A stretch of DNA of 64,000 nt from the human T2T-CHM13v2.0 reference genome, Homo sapiens, in the NCBI RefSeq assembly GCF_009914755.1, contig NC_060930.1; one strand, written 5' to 3'. Below, piece by piece: positions 63,719 to 64,000 of the stretch. The stretch's first letter is position 1, and every line of letters begins with the position of its first letter. Position numbers and translations under genes: made by a program. Below the pieces are notes generated by a model. The model had not been told where the DNA came from. It made no database searches and saw nothing but the letters and a program-made list of their open reading frames with translations.

Positions 63719-63998
63719 TGCCAGGCTTGGTGCCTCACACCTATAATCCCAGCATTTTGGGAGGCTAAGATGGGAGGATTGCTTGAGCCCAGGAGTTTGA
63801 GACCAGCCTGGACAACATAGTAAGACCCTGTCTCTACAAAAATATGAAAATTTGGTGGGTGTGGTGGCACGTTCCTGTAGTCTCAACTACTTGGGAGGCT
63901 CAGGCTAGAGGATCGATCAAGCCTGGGAGGTTGAGGCTGCAGTGAGCTGTGATTGGGCCATGGCATTTCAGCCTGGGGAACAGAAGGAGACTCTGTCT
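63719..63998 (+). mobile_element. AluJ
   Basis: Diverged full-length Alu at the window end. Confidence 0.88.
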
Positions 63999-64000
63999 TT

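Overview
AT-rich primate genomic DNA, almost certainly human. It covers the 3' part of SUPT3H, the SAGA subunit SPT3 homolog that neighbours RUNX2 on 6p21, on the minus strand. Four internal coding exons are present (32584-32659, 25347-25459, 24162-24269, 3503-3613). All have canonical AG/GT sites and splice into one 136-codon open frame, RAERQTRIMDSAQ...[10 protein letters not shown]. The rest is intron, dense with interspersed repeats: more than 20 Alus, several L1s of different ages, a full-length Tigger1, a complete THE1 provirus with its TSD, and MLT1, MIR, L2 and MER elements. There are also truncated U2 snRNA and 5S rRNA retropseudogenes. I found no convincing new biological system, and nearly all ORFs in the supplied track are repeat-derived or chance. 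The best second-look items are mechanistic. They include a twin-primed L1PA with a 3' transduction tag, a very young 112-bp L1 insertion, an L1PB reduced to 5'UTR plus 3' end, and a tailless U2 insert. Others are an AT-rich foldback, a locally templated insertion, and an exon-phase/inverted-Alu layout that would allow stop-free circRNAs. Repeat subfamily names and exon numbers come from recalled consensus and gene structure, not from a search.
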